Part shown: one piece after another, positions 46,201 through 57,863 of the stretch
Layout of the letters: each line of letters begins with the position of its first letter
Numbering within the stretch: position 1 is the stretch's first letter
Assembly: GCA_047495785.1 (NCBI GenBank)
Contig: JBLDXI010000045.1
Span: forward strand, 248,001-312,000
Source of the DNA: Lepidodermella squamata
Taxonomy: Eukaryota; Animalia; Gastrotricha
Direction: 5' to 3'
Length of the DNA stretch: 64,000 nt
The notes under the pieces: model-generated
Told to the model about the DNA's origin: nothing
Databases searched by the model: none
Seen by the model: only the letters and a program-made list of their open reading frames with translations
Position numbers and translations under genes: made by a program

Positions 46201-49200
46201 GCATTTGCAGGTGTCGTACGAGCGCCACAAGTTCCTGCAAGACTGCCGCGATACGCTGCAGCGCATCCAGGAGAAGTCGGCCGCTGTGCCGAATGACGTT
46301 GGCAAGGATGCTAAATCGGCGCAGCTCTACCGCCGTAAGCACGACGCCTTCGTCCACGAGGTTCACGCAATCGAGGCCGAGGTGTTGTCCCTGCAAGAAC
46401 GCGCCGTTGCGTTACTCGCTCAGTACGCCGCTGATAAGGCTGATGAGGTGAAGCAGTGGGAGAAGCAGGTCGTCGACGCGTGGAACGACTTGCAGACCCG
46501 TCTGCGCCAGCGTCAGCTCCAGTTGATGGATGCCGACGATCTGTACCGCTTCTTCAACGTCGCCCGCGACTTGATGCAGTGGATGGAGGAGATTACGAAC
46601 CAGATGACCAAGTCGGAGAAGCCGCGCGACGTGTCCGGCGTCGAGCTGCTCATGTCGAACCACCAGAGCTTGAAGGCGGAGATCGACTCGCGAGACGAGA
46701 ACTTCTACATTTTCAACTCGCTCGGCAAGGACCTGCTCGACCGGCTGCACGCGCGGTCGGGCGAGGTCCGCGAGAAGCTGATGCAGGTCGCTGTTCAGCG
46801 CGGCTTGATGGTCGAGAAGTGGGAGGAGCGCTGGGAGGACTTCCGCATTCTGCTCGAGATCTACAAGTGGGCGCGCGAGGCGTCGCTGGCCGAGGCGTGG
46901 CTCATCGCCAACGAGCCGTACTTGCAGAGCACGGACGTGGGCGACACCCTCGAGGCGGTCGAGAAACTGATTCGCCGGCACGAGGCCTTCGAAAAGTCCG
47001 CGGCGGCGCAGGAGCCGCGTTTCCAGACCGTCAGCCAGATGACGCAGTTCGAAATCCGCGAAAAGCAACGCCGCCAAGAGCAAGAATTCCTCGCCCAACA
47101 CCCCGACGCCACCCTTCCCGGTTCCCGACGGCCTGGTCGTCAACGGTTTATCGAAGATTTCATGCTGGCCCCCAAGTCACAGTAAGTCTATCTTAAAATA
47201 AGTGTAAAATTGGGTGTACCTAGTGAACGCCCTAAATTTAGGGTTTCAGCATTAGTTTTCCCCAAAATATGGTTTTCGCTAAAGTCTCGATTTTTTGATC
47301 ATCGATCGCCGATATCGATTCCAAGTATCGATTTTGCAAATTAGCGATTTTTCCGATATCAACAGTTTTTGAAGCAAAAATTTCTACCTAGCTGATGGTA
47401 TCGGAAAATTTAGTGCAGGAACCTTAACTGTGTGGTGCAAATAATTGGACCCGTCATAATATTCCACCTTAAAATATGCTAATTTGTGTATCTTATCTTG
47501 CAGACCACAAACCGCCTCGCAAAAAGCGGCAACCTCGACGTCGCAAGCGCAATCTCCTGGTGCCCCAGTCGCAGTTGCCACCCCTACCCCGACCACCACC
47601 GAACGGCATGCCGCTCCTTCTGGAGGTAAGAAATTCGCTGAAATACTACGCTACTTTACTCCTATAATTTTAACTATCACTGAACCTACTAGAGCATAGT
47701 CGTACCTTAGCGGTGCACTTTCAAGGTTGGGAGCCTATGAGAAGATACCATTACTTTTCGTGGAGCCCCAACTCATTATTTTTATCATTGAAGTTGTTTG
47801 GCCTTGGAATATTTCAATTGGTTGTGGTGCTTTAAAGCATGCTGTCTTGTTAGCATAATATCGATAATATCATAACAGTAGTTATTTTCCTTGATTTAAT
47901 CAATGTTGCTAATGTCATTATTGTCCGTGTCGTGTTTGACTAAAAGCGGCTGGAGGTAGTTCAGTGGTATCACCGGCTGCTCGGCCAGGATCGAGTCGCC
48001 AGCCGACTTCAAGCTCGTCGTCGTCACCTTTCGGGTCTAAGGACATGCGCGCTAGCGTGCCGGTGCCGCAACCTAAGCGGCCCGTGCAAGCGGCGCCAGC
48101 TCCTTTCAGACCACGCAGTGGTGAGTGTGAAATGAAACGGGGATTTACTGGTCGCTAGCTGGAGGAACGCTGTTGCTTTATTCTTTGAAACTTAGCTGTA
48201 GCTTGCTTTTCCGACTAGTTCTATTTATAGCTTTTAATTCGTAGCTATTATGTGTTTTTTCAAATCATTGTTTTTCCTGTAAAACTATTAGAAGCTTTTC
48301 AGTTTATACTACAACGACCGAGTTTAGCACCTGTGACATCGTTTTGCCTCTTTTTAAAACGAACAAACGTGGTGTTATTAGTTGACGCACCAAACTGACT
48401 TGAATAACTATTAAATGTTATACCTTATTTGAAAAAACGAAACTAAATTCCCCACCTTAATATTTTTATTTCAGATGAAAACTAATACGGTGTGCATGCA
48501 CAATTGCCGTATTATTTTGAAGAAAATGATGATTTTATACACGTTGATTTATATCATGGCAAAGGTGCTTTTCATTTTGGGACATTATGCGCCTTTTGCT
48601 TGCGCTTTATTTACTTGGAATGTTGGTTTTATTCCGATTTTAAACATATTTTTTCTGCGTTTTTGTAGAAGATCGCCCCGCCGAAGGCTACGAAGGCCTC
48701 CTCGTTAAGAAGCATGTCTGGGAGACAGCTGTGAAACGCGCGTCCGGCAGGTATATTTCATTGCCATTTTTTGTCTTTTACTAGAAATAATTTGGATATC
48801 TACTCAAAAACGATGAATCCTAATTTTGGATAATTCTGACTATTTAAAAAAACATTTTCAGAATTTATGAAAATTTATTGATCAATTTTCAAAAATTAAA
48901 ATTAGTTGAAATTGGCCTCATTATAATTTGTATATGAATCGGAACTTGGTTCCGCTACACTGAACTACAAATTTGCAAATTTGGTTTGGCTCTGATATTT
49001 TTGAAAAAGATGAGGTTAATTTATTGAAAATTGAATATAAAATATAATGAATGTTTGATTTTTTTCGAAAAATTAAGCTGGATTTTTTAAATATTAATAT
49101 TAATAATATTTTTTGATGTGTCTTTCAGGAGTTGGGACAAACTCTACGCCGTGCTAAGCGGTTCTTCGCTGAATTTCTACAAGGACCAGAAACATGCAAA

Positions 49201-49507
49201 GGCCGACCCACGCAACTTCGCCAAAGGTCACTCGCCGCTCGATCTGTCTGGAGCCACCGTGCAACGCGCGACAGACTACACGAAGCGGCCGCACGTGATC
49301 CGGTTGCGCCTGGCCAACGGCGGCGAATTTCTGCTGCAAGCTCGTGACGACGACGACGCAACAGTCTGGCTGCAGCGCCTCGGCGCCGTCTGCCTCGTGC
49401 AGGCCGCCAGCGGCACCAGCGCCACGCTGCCCGCCGCCGCCTCGTCCTCGAAAGGCGCCGGCGCCTCGTCAGGCGCCGCCGGCCAGTCGGGCACCACTCG
49501 GAGGTGA
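37256..49507 (+). CDS. SPTBN1: Beta-spectrin (conventional, with PH domain); multi-exon
   Basis: Exon 1 (37256-37421) NSAKLFERSRIKALA joins EREAVQKKTFTKWVNSHL at 39243. Tandem CH domains, spectrin repeats (exons starting about 39243, 42666, 42843, 43517, 45592) and a PH domain (EGLLVKKHVWE..R|SWDKLY..DYTKRPHVIRLRL). Confidence 0.96.
47206..47460 (+). repeat. Dispersed MITE-like repeat, copy 1 (spectrin intron)
   Basis: CCCTAAATTTAGGGTTTCAGCATTAG..AAATATGGTTTTCG and TTAGTGCAGGAACCT..GGTGCAAATAATTGGACC match 52330-52775 in reverse complement. Confidence 0.7.
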
Positions 49508-52329
49508 AACCTGCAAGCAAGCAAAACTATAAGTGCAGTGTAGTCTAAAAAAATAACTAAAACTGTGTATAAAATCGCCTAACTGTGTACCAAAAGACCA
49601 CACATCACACACAACATCCCCTCTCCACCTTTTACCAGATCGCAGATTCGATGCTAATTTGTGCTGTATTGAAACTCGCTTATCGCTGCCTGGGTTTTGA
49701 ATTTTGAATTGAATGACTAGTTCTCCCAGCATCGTCTCTGTGTGTCTGCGACCCTGCGTTGTTGCTCTATCTCTCTCGCCGCTATTGGTAGATTTTGCGT
49801 TTTTTTCGCTTGTGAATATTATTTAAAACTAAGTAATCATAGCTTGTTGAGAGAAAACGGGAAAGAGTGCGCATCATCATCTGATCACGTCCACAACTGC
49901 CGCTTGTCTACTTCATCATCATATGTGTGTTCGTTATTTAGAAACAAGAGATGAAAAAGGTGGTGGTCATCTTTTTTTCTGCTACCTTATCTCTCGCTGT
50001 CTCATCGCCTCTTTTCTTGCGCTATTATTATTATTATATTATTATCATATCAACGAAGAAGAAACTGCACACCCTCCCGGAGACGAGACGGAAAAAAGCC
50101 ACCTCAAGCATGCAAAAGCTTCCTACTACTACTTAGTGTGCGCTTCATTGTCAAACCTTCATGTTCTACATCAAAAAAATGAGCCTTGTTAGCCCGCGGA
50201 GACACAAATGTGATCTAAAAATTTAACACACAATATCTTGTTATAACACTGTATACACATACATAATATTCAAAAGTGCTTTTCGCTGAGCCTAGTCAGC
50301 TTACGTCAAATTTTCGAGCATCCCAGTTGAATTTATTACTAAAATTAATAACGCCGAAGAAGAAGCTTGAACGACGTGCTTCGTTAAGTTGGCTTGTCGA
50401 GAATTGTTCGAGTTTCCTCGACCGTCACTTCAACCGATTGATGCGCGCCGATTTAACCAGGAATTATTGTTACACCGGGAATTGTTGCGCAGTTTTCCTC
50501 TACGTTTACTGCTTTTCGCTTGGTTGTCGGTCTTTGCTCTTTTCTATCGCCTAATAATATCGGTCATCATGCCAGGCCTTGCGTGGTGTTTTACGCGGCG
50601 CTTCTTTGTTTGTTGTTTGGTTTTCTACTACGGCTCACTTACACTTGACTATTTTAAGGTGGACGGCACAATTAAACAAAGAAACTGCCCGTATTGTCAT
50701 TAAAAAAATATCTAATCAGCTTTTATGACGAGACGAGAAGAAGCGCGATGTCCACCGCCGGTTATACGAAAATCTTCTATGAAATACCTGACAAGCTGAG
50801 GCACTGCCAAAAATGAAATGAAAAAACGTGCGCTTGTTAGTTTCTTCTTAGTTCGTCGAATTGCGTCATCATCTTTCGTCGCACTAAATGTTGTCTCTGT
50901 TATTAAGTTAAAACTTGACTATCTCTCGCACACGTCGTTGATATGATGATGAGATTTTTCGTTAACACGCCAGGCTGTTATAGCACACCTACCTAGAACG
51001 GTTATTCTAGTTCATTCGTACACACATACATACGTTTGCTTCATGGCTCATGATGTCTCGATTGCGCAAGGTCGTTGTTGAAGCAGAAACAGTCCACCTG
51101 AAAGTGGTCGTCGGAAATATTGATGATTTGACTCAAGTCACTGTGACAAACACGGCGCTTGCTTTTTCAAGAAAGAATCACTCGATTATCTTGCCTGTAA
51201 AAAAAAGAAATCAAACAATAATAAAACAGGTTTTTTAGGCACGATTTATTTACAAAGCTCGCGCTCTCTTCAACATTCTTGTTGCTTGTTGTCAAAGTTA
51301 TTCGCCTCTCTTCTTCTTCTTCTTCTGATTTGTATACATAGGTAGTTGAAGCTTATTGTTACTATCAATATTTAAGTGATAGCAGTGCTTTTATTTGTTT
51401 ACTGTACAAAATCGGGCTGATGACGATGATGATAGTTGGAATGATGTGTTTTCTCTCTTCTTTTGTGTTCCGCGCACACGAAGCTAGCCGAAATCGATAC
51501 TACCAGCCAGCCTACTACTATATTTGTCTCACGCAAAATTATTAAAGGGAGAGCGCCGCCGTGTATGTATACCTTTCTATGAACGAAACGATAGATGGAA
51601 AAAAGCTATATAAATATTCTATACTACTACATCTACAATCTTTTTCTTGTGTATAGGACACGGATGATGATGATGAGGATGAGAAACTGAAAAAAGAGTC
51701 CAGGCTAATCACCTGTATTGAAAATATGCTGTAATTGATGCGTGTAACTTGCGTGTATACAAATGTCGTGTCCTGTCTCGGCGCACGTTATTAAATACCT
51801 GCCAGTCTGTTTATGTGCTTCATTTGAATTATTATGTAACAATTATCAATACATTAATTAATAAATTTAAAAAAGTTGCGCGTCAATTTTTTCGGCTGTA
51901 TTTTTTTCATTCAAACGAGGCGATTATTTTGGCTTATAGCCAAATTCAAATACGGCGAAGTTGGAGAACCCTTGAATGCGACGCCGTTCTACTTTTCACT
52001 TGACGACATTTCCGAGATCGAAATTTGTGTTTACTTGAAAAGAACGATTCTTCAATTTCACAACGCCCTGGACCGGTGTTTTTAGTTTTTAGTAGGCGTC
52101 TACTTTCAAAGTTTTAGACCTCTTCCTTCCCCCTTGAAAGACGGGGAAACCTCAAAAGTTCGGCGAAAAGTCTTGTCGTTTCAGGTCGACGTGGGGACCC
52201 TAGGAAATTCTTCAATTCTGCTCGAATTTCTAGTGCGATTCGTCGCCATATAATACCCAAAATGAAATCGACAGTGTGTGAAAATGGCAATAAATTCGAA
52301 GTGAGACAGACGGATTATCAACTGATGCA

Positions 52330-52775
52330 AATAATAATTGGTCCAAATATTTGCACCAATAAAAATGAGGTTCCAGCACTAATTTTAAGCGTCGTGGCAC
52401 TAAATTTTTCGGATTTTTTTCGTTTTCTTTTTTTGATCGATAATGATGTCCTCCCTGAACCTAAGATTTTTTATTTTAGCTACCTGGCGCCCTAAGCTAC
52501 GTAGAACAACTATCGATGTTGGGTTCCACGACGGCTGATATCGGAAAAATCACTGATTTGTAAAATCGATAATTGTAATCGATATCGGCTCTGCAGGCTG
52601 AAGTATAACTCGTAAACTGAACGCCTATCGCGCAAAATGAGCGTAATATGAAGATCTATCGGTTAGGCATGATAGCAAAACAATTTAGATTCTAGTGAAG
52701 ACATGAAATTCGAAAAACCATATTTAGTGGAAACCTAGTGCTGGAACCCTAAATTTAGGGTGCGCACCTGGACCC
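52330..52775 (-). repeat. Dispersed MITE-like repeat, copy 2 (inverted relative to copy 1)
   Basis: GGTCCAAATATTTGCACC..AGGTTCCAGCACTAA and CGAAAAACCATATTT..CTAGTGCTGGAACCCTAAATTTAGGG. GATATC/ATCGAT-rich core as in copy 1. Confidence 0.7.
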
Positions 52776-53599
52776 TAAGAAAATTCTTTAATTTTGTTTG
52801 AATTTCGTCACCTTAGAATACCTCAAATAAAAACCGATAGAGTGTGTGAAAAATAGCAATAAATTTTGAAGTGAGACGGATGCAAATTTGCTATAATTTT
52901 GCATTTCTTCGCTCGTAAAACTTGAGGGCAATTTTTTACGCAACCCTCGTTTGCGATCTTGTTGAAAGCGAAGAAGCGAAGAATTTTCGGTAAACCCCAC
53001 TTTTCAGGCAGGCTGAAGCTTTCGAGCGGAACCCTTGGCGGTACTTCATAGGTGAAAAAAATCGAGGAAAAATATCCAGTTTATTTCGCTTAAGCCATTT
53101 TCACTGAGTAGAACGGAACGAGCAAAGATCTCATGGTTCCTCTCGGTCGGGTCATCAATAGAAATAACAAAATAGAGCTCATTCAGTTCGATTTTATGAA
53201 CTAGTCGGAATTCGAGAGCCTGATTTGGGTTGGAATAGTTTCTCAAACAGCTTAAAATTTGCTAGGAGAAATATTAATCCAGAACTATCCGCTCCGGTAA
53301 TTTCAGTCATCAAATTATAAGTGCCATTCGATTATATCCAGAATCTAACTTTCGGAAGGTCTAATTAACAATAGAACCGGAAGTAATGCAATGAATCTCG
53401 TATTTTGCGCAACCGAAATCAGAGCTCTCTGCATGACAGCACATTTTTTAACATGCGATGATGATTCACCCTCTTCATATAATCACAATATTTTCAAATT
53501 CAAAAAATATTATTATATATAAATAAAAAATTGCAACAAAAATGTATTGAAAGGCTTGTAATCTATTATTCTCGTGATTGAATTAGCTGATATAAATTA

Positions 53600-55033
53600 T
53601 TATAAGAGATTTTGCAGGCGTTTCCCTGTCACAAAACTGGCGTGGTGGAGTCGCGTTGAGCTCGACTCGGTGTCGCGTTTCTCGGTGTTCCGCTTATACC
53701 GCTTCGTAGTCGTTTTTCTCGCAGCCATTTGCTGCTGTTTCGCCCGGAAAACATCGCTCGACGAACCGCTAGGCGACGGCGAGTTGAGTTGAGGTGGCGA
53801 CACTGCATTACGATAGTTATAGCCGTGGTGTTTGAAGTAATTATCAACCCCGGGCAACTCGGCTTTCTCCCACTCGTTGAGTTGCGGGGTCGACTTCGCC
53901 GAGCAGTTGTTAGTCGCCTTAGGCAGCAGCAGTAGGTTATTCGGGGGCTGGGCAGGTGTCGTTGAAAGAGCCGACTCAGATGCCTCGTTTTTCGAATCAT
54001 TCTCCTCCTCAAACAAACTCATTCTAGGGCCGCAGCTATCCTTCCGAAACTCAGATAACTGCGGTAGGGATGACGTACGACGGCAACGGCCAGATGCCAT
54101 AACTTTCGCGACTTCAACTTCATCCGAGTCGCGTTCGTCCGACTCTTCGGCCAGGTCTGGAAGTTCCGGCGTTTCCTGACTACACGGCGTAGAAACGTGA
54201 CTAATAGCTTGATTATTAGCGATTAAAAGCAGTTTGCTGTCCTCGGGTGTGTCTTGAAAATGCAGCTCCGCTATCGAAAATCCGACTGAATGATGACTTC
54301 GCATCGTATTAGTCCTAGACCTGGCGTTTCCCAGTGAGAAAATATCAGGATCGCCTCCCTCTGATTCTGCCGTTTTATTCACCGGCTGCTGCGATTTGCC
54401 ACTAGACATTCGAAATAGGAACGAAGAATTCGGCGACATTGTTATCAACTCAGTCGGATCCGAACCCGATGTTAGCTCTTCAATAGTTTTATTCGACGAT
54501 TTTGCCGTGTGGTTTACAGCATCCATCGACTGGTAGTAACCCGGGCGGGACGAATCCGAGGTTGGGGAATTAATTTGGGACATTGCCAACGCTATAGTCC
54601 GACTAGCGGCTGCGAGGCGTTTGTTACCGATCGGTGTTGAGACACCCTGGAATTTATTCCTAACCTTACTTATTGACGAGCATAAACTGGCAAGTTTGGC
54701 GCATAGCAGGGTGTCCTGAACGGGCGTCGGGCCGAAGACGCTCACCATGTGGCAGGTGTAGCTGAAGATGAGGAAAACAACCATACCAACAATAAGTAAT
54801 AATCCGCCCATTTGTAGAAGATTGTAAGTCGGCGCCTGCACCGAGCCCAACAGCATAGAATCTGTGCTACTACTGGCTAGGGCGGCGGGAAACGCTGTCG
54901 CAAAAATGAGGGTATTATCCGATCGGGATAGCAATGGTTGGTAAGGGAATTGATGCGAGATGCCAACTCCTCCATTTTTCCCGGAACCTTTTGATCTAAG
55001 CCGCGTGCGATTGCTGAGCATTGGACGGGTCAT
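53600..55033 (-). CDS. Uncharacterised single-pass membrane protein with a long Ser-rich disordered tail
   Basis: ORF of about 477 codons, open back to an acceptor (TTTTTATCTATTATAG) near 55176. One TM segment GGLLLIVGMVVFLIFSYTC and a basic C-terminus. No family recognised. Confidence 0.6.
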   Translation of the reverse strand: MTRPMLSNRTRLRSKGSGKNGGVGISHQFPYQPLLSRSDNTLIFATAFPAALASSSTDSMLLGSVQAPTYNLLQMGGLLLIVGMVVFLIFSYTCHMVSVFGPTPVQDTLLCAKLASLCSSISKVRNKFQGVSTPIGNKRLAAASRTIALAMSQINSPTSDSSRPGYYQSMDAVNHTAKSSNKTIEELTSGSDPTELITMSPNSSFLFRMSSGKSQQPVNKTAESEGGDPDIFSLGNARSRTNTMRSHHSVGFSIAELHFQDTPEDSKLLLIANNQAISHVSTPCSQETPELPDLAEESDERDSDEVEVAKVMASGRCRRTSSLPQLSEFRKDSCGPRMSLFEEENDSKNEASESALSTTPAQPPNNLLLLPKATNNCSAKSTPQLNEWEKAELPGVDNYFKHHGYNYRNAVSPPQLNSPSPSGSSSDVFRAKQQQMAARKTTTKRYKRNTEKRDTESSSTRLHHASFVTGKRLQNLL

Positions 55034-57863
55034 CGGCACAACGGTGACAAGTTTCTCATGAGAACTTCGAATCTCGCCTATGTCGCCTCGCGGCGACCAC
55101 GCCGGATTTAATAAGGGCGCTATTTTTGATATAGCGAGACCGACACAACAAATACGAGATAAAATAAAATGTTGCTATAATAGATAAAAAAATAAGAAAA
55201 AATTAAGCGATCGCCTAGTTAGCTTGGGACACCTCTGGAAATGCATGTTTAATTACAAAACCTCAATCAACGACGTGTGGGTTGGCTTTACAGTGCCGAG
55301 AAATTCTTAGAATATATCGAACGTGGGTTAAAGGAAAGGAAATGCATGTTTATTGCAAATAATAATAAGCACATGCGTTCTTGATTCTTAATTTCCGACT
55401 GCAAGGTGTACCGATATACACCGCGGCTCAGACGTTGAGAGGCTGAGACGCGCCGAACAAAGCTGCGATGGCCTGGTCAGTTTAACTTGGATTTTTTTTC
55501 CTTCTCGAAGCAGCGAGCAGTGCTGATGACAGAAAAAGAAATGCGCCGTAGATTAAAAAATCATCGGTAATTGAATGCCTCGTCACGAGCAACTTCTAGA
55601 CGAAGAGCGCCTGCGTAGAAAAACGTGAATCATTTATCATTCAGACCTGATTAAACGCCCTGCGTCTTATAATAGAACAGGCTTAAGAAAATAGCCGATA
55701 TTTCACCTGTATACATGTAAGTATTAGTAGATTTACATACACCGCGGATAAAGGCTAAAAATCGAAATAGGCAAATATCGCCCGTGATATCAAAAATAAC
55801 CCGAGGCGAGTATCTCGACCTGGGTCTGCTTTTTTGCCGCATTGTTTGGCTTCCTACGCGCTTATCAGCTATATACTGTGGAATGAGCCTAAAAATTGTT
55901 GGACAGAAATGAAGTGAATAAGATTTCCGTATTTTACAATGGATTTTATGTGGCGATGTAAATCTTAAATTTCACATCACCTGTGTTTTTTACGGATGTG
56001 TGAGGCGCGCGCCGCGGCACGGCATTCGCGCGTGGGGCAGGCGAGATGCGCATTTATTAAAGAGGATAATTGATACGTTAAATTTAAGGCGACCGAAAAA
56101 TTGTGCGTTAATCCGTCATGTCTTCTCGCCTCATGACGATGGGAAATGCAGGTGCGTGATGCGATGAATTAACATAAACAGATCAATAATATTATCGAAA
56201 ACGAGAAAATTCGGTTATTTCAATCATGTTTTAATTGCCGCAAATCACGCTAAAAAACTGACTGAGACCTCTTCTTAAAAAATGGCCCAGCGAGTTTCAG
56301 AGAATAATGATATAGTGGGTGATTAATCGAATTTTTACATTATGTGCTGGTGTAGCGATACGAAAATTGTACAGATGACAGGAGTCGTGGATTTTGAGCA
56401 ATATTAATTAGGCTTTCGACCGAGGGGGGCGCAGCGGAGAATGTGGGCGATGCTATTAATTTAAGAAGAAATGTTTACGGTCGAATTCGATGGCTGCTGT
56501 CAGTGATGGCATCGCTATGGTAAGTAATCCTCGTGACACGCATCAGTAATGCGAACATGCAAGGGCAAAAGTTTTTCGTATTATATCGGGAAATCATTGC
56601 CGGCGTTACTTTTTCTCGGGATATATCATATTATAGCGACTGCTGTAATGCATGCAAATGCCTAGATCGAGCAAGTTATATGCGTGCATGCTTAGTTATA
56701 TTATAAGGAAGTCGTTATCGGTAAATTAAATGAAAAATTCGAATTATTCGTTTTACGATCGCAGCGTAGCCGGAAGTAATTACCGAATTCGGCCAATAAA
56801 TTCTTCTCAATTTAGGAACTTGAAGTGTAATTGCGTTCATTGCGACCCGAGAAATCATAATGCGGGGAGAAATTCCGTCCACTGCCTTCCCATGGCCAAC
56901 ATAAAAAAAACCAGCCGGTGTTTACGGCTAATTTCTATTCAATCGAAAATCGTTAGATTTCGATTAACAATCACTCGGTGATAAATATATCATGTTTACG
57001 AAAAATAACCCAATTCATGACAAGGAAGACCTAGGAGGTCATCGGTGTATTATATACAATAGCAGTATTTGTACCATAAAGGGAAGGTATATTAGACTAT
57101 CCCAAAGCCAGGGGTTTCTAATTCCCAACTACATTGCGTCTACTCTTGCCTTTCTAAACATACCGCCCGGCTTTTAACCGCGAAAAATGTCCCAAAGTTA
57201 GGGACAAGCTGGAAAGTGGAGCGCACAATTTCGACTTTTTGAATCATGGAACCAAAACTTCTCGGCTTCTAGTGAACCCTGGACATTTCCTGATTTTTGA
57301 AGTAAAACTGGGTATATTTAGTATTTAAAGGGCAGAATTTGACTTTTCGCAAGACTATTACTAAAAATATTATGGTTAATAGCGTGAATAAGTATTCCTG
57401 ACTGCTTGAAAATGCTCGAAAATAGCCTATTTTTCTGGAAATTTCCACATTTTCCCAGGTTTTGGGAAATTTTCTGGGAGTGCCCATTACCTATTGCTTG
57501 TTTTTTTCAGCCGTCGCTCCAACGACTTTTTCCATATAATCCGTCGAAATATCGAAGAATCCTCATACTCTGTGGATTTATGAGTTTATCGGCTTCAGCT
57601 GAGCCCGTTGAATTCCCGCCGAAGATCGAAAATGGTGACGTATTTTCACAACGTTAGCACAGCAATATTTGCGATTTTTCACCTTTAAAAAGACACGCGT
57701 TAAAAACCCTGGGAAGCTTGGTCTTTATTACCAAATAAAGCTTCAATAAATATAATATAAACATGAAGTCACTGCCCGAAACCGCGAGATACACAACAGA
57801 TGCAATAACCACCAGACAAAAATCTGAAGCAGTTTGGTCGAATTTATTACTTTACTATGATAT

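Noticed and set aside
39377-47196. Many long antisense and alternate-frame ORFs over beta-spectrin (e.g. 43649-44518, 45515-46396, 46456-47196)
   Set aside because: Shadow ORFs produced by GC-rich codon bias in a real gene, with no motifs of their own.
49742-53246. Short ORFs in the spectrin 3' UTR and downstream intergenic DNA
   Set aside because: Low-complexity, microsatellite-rich, with no splice-consistent gene model.
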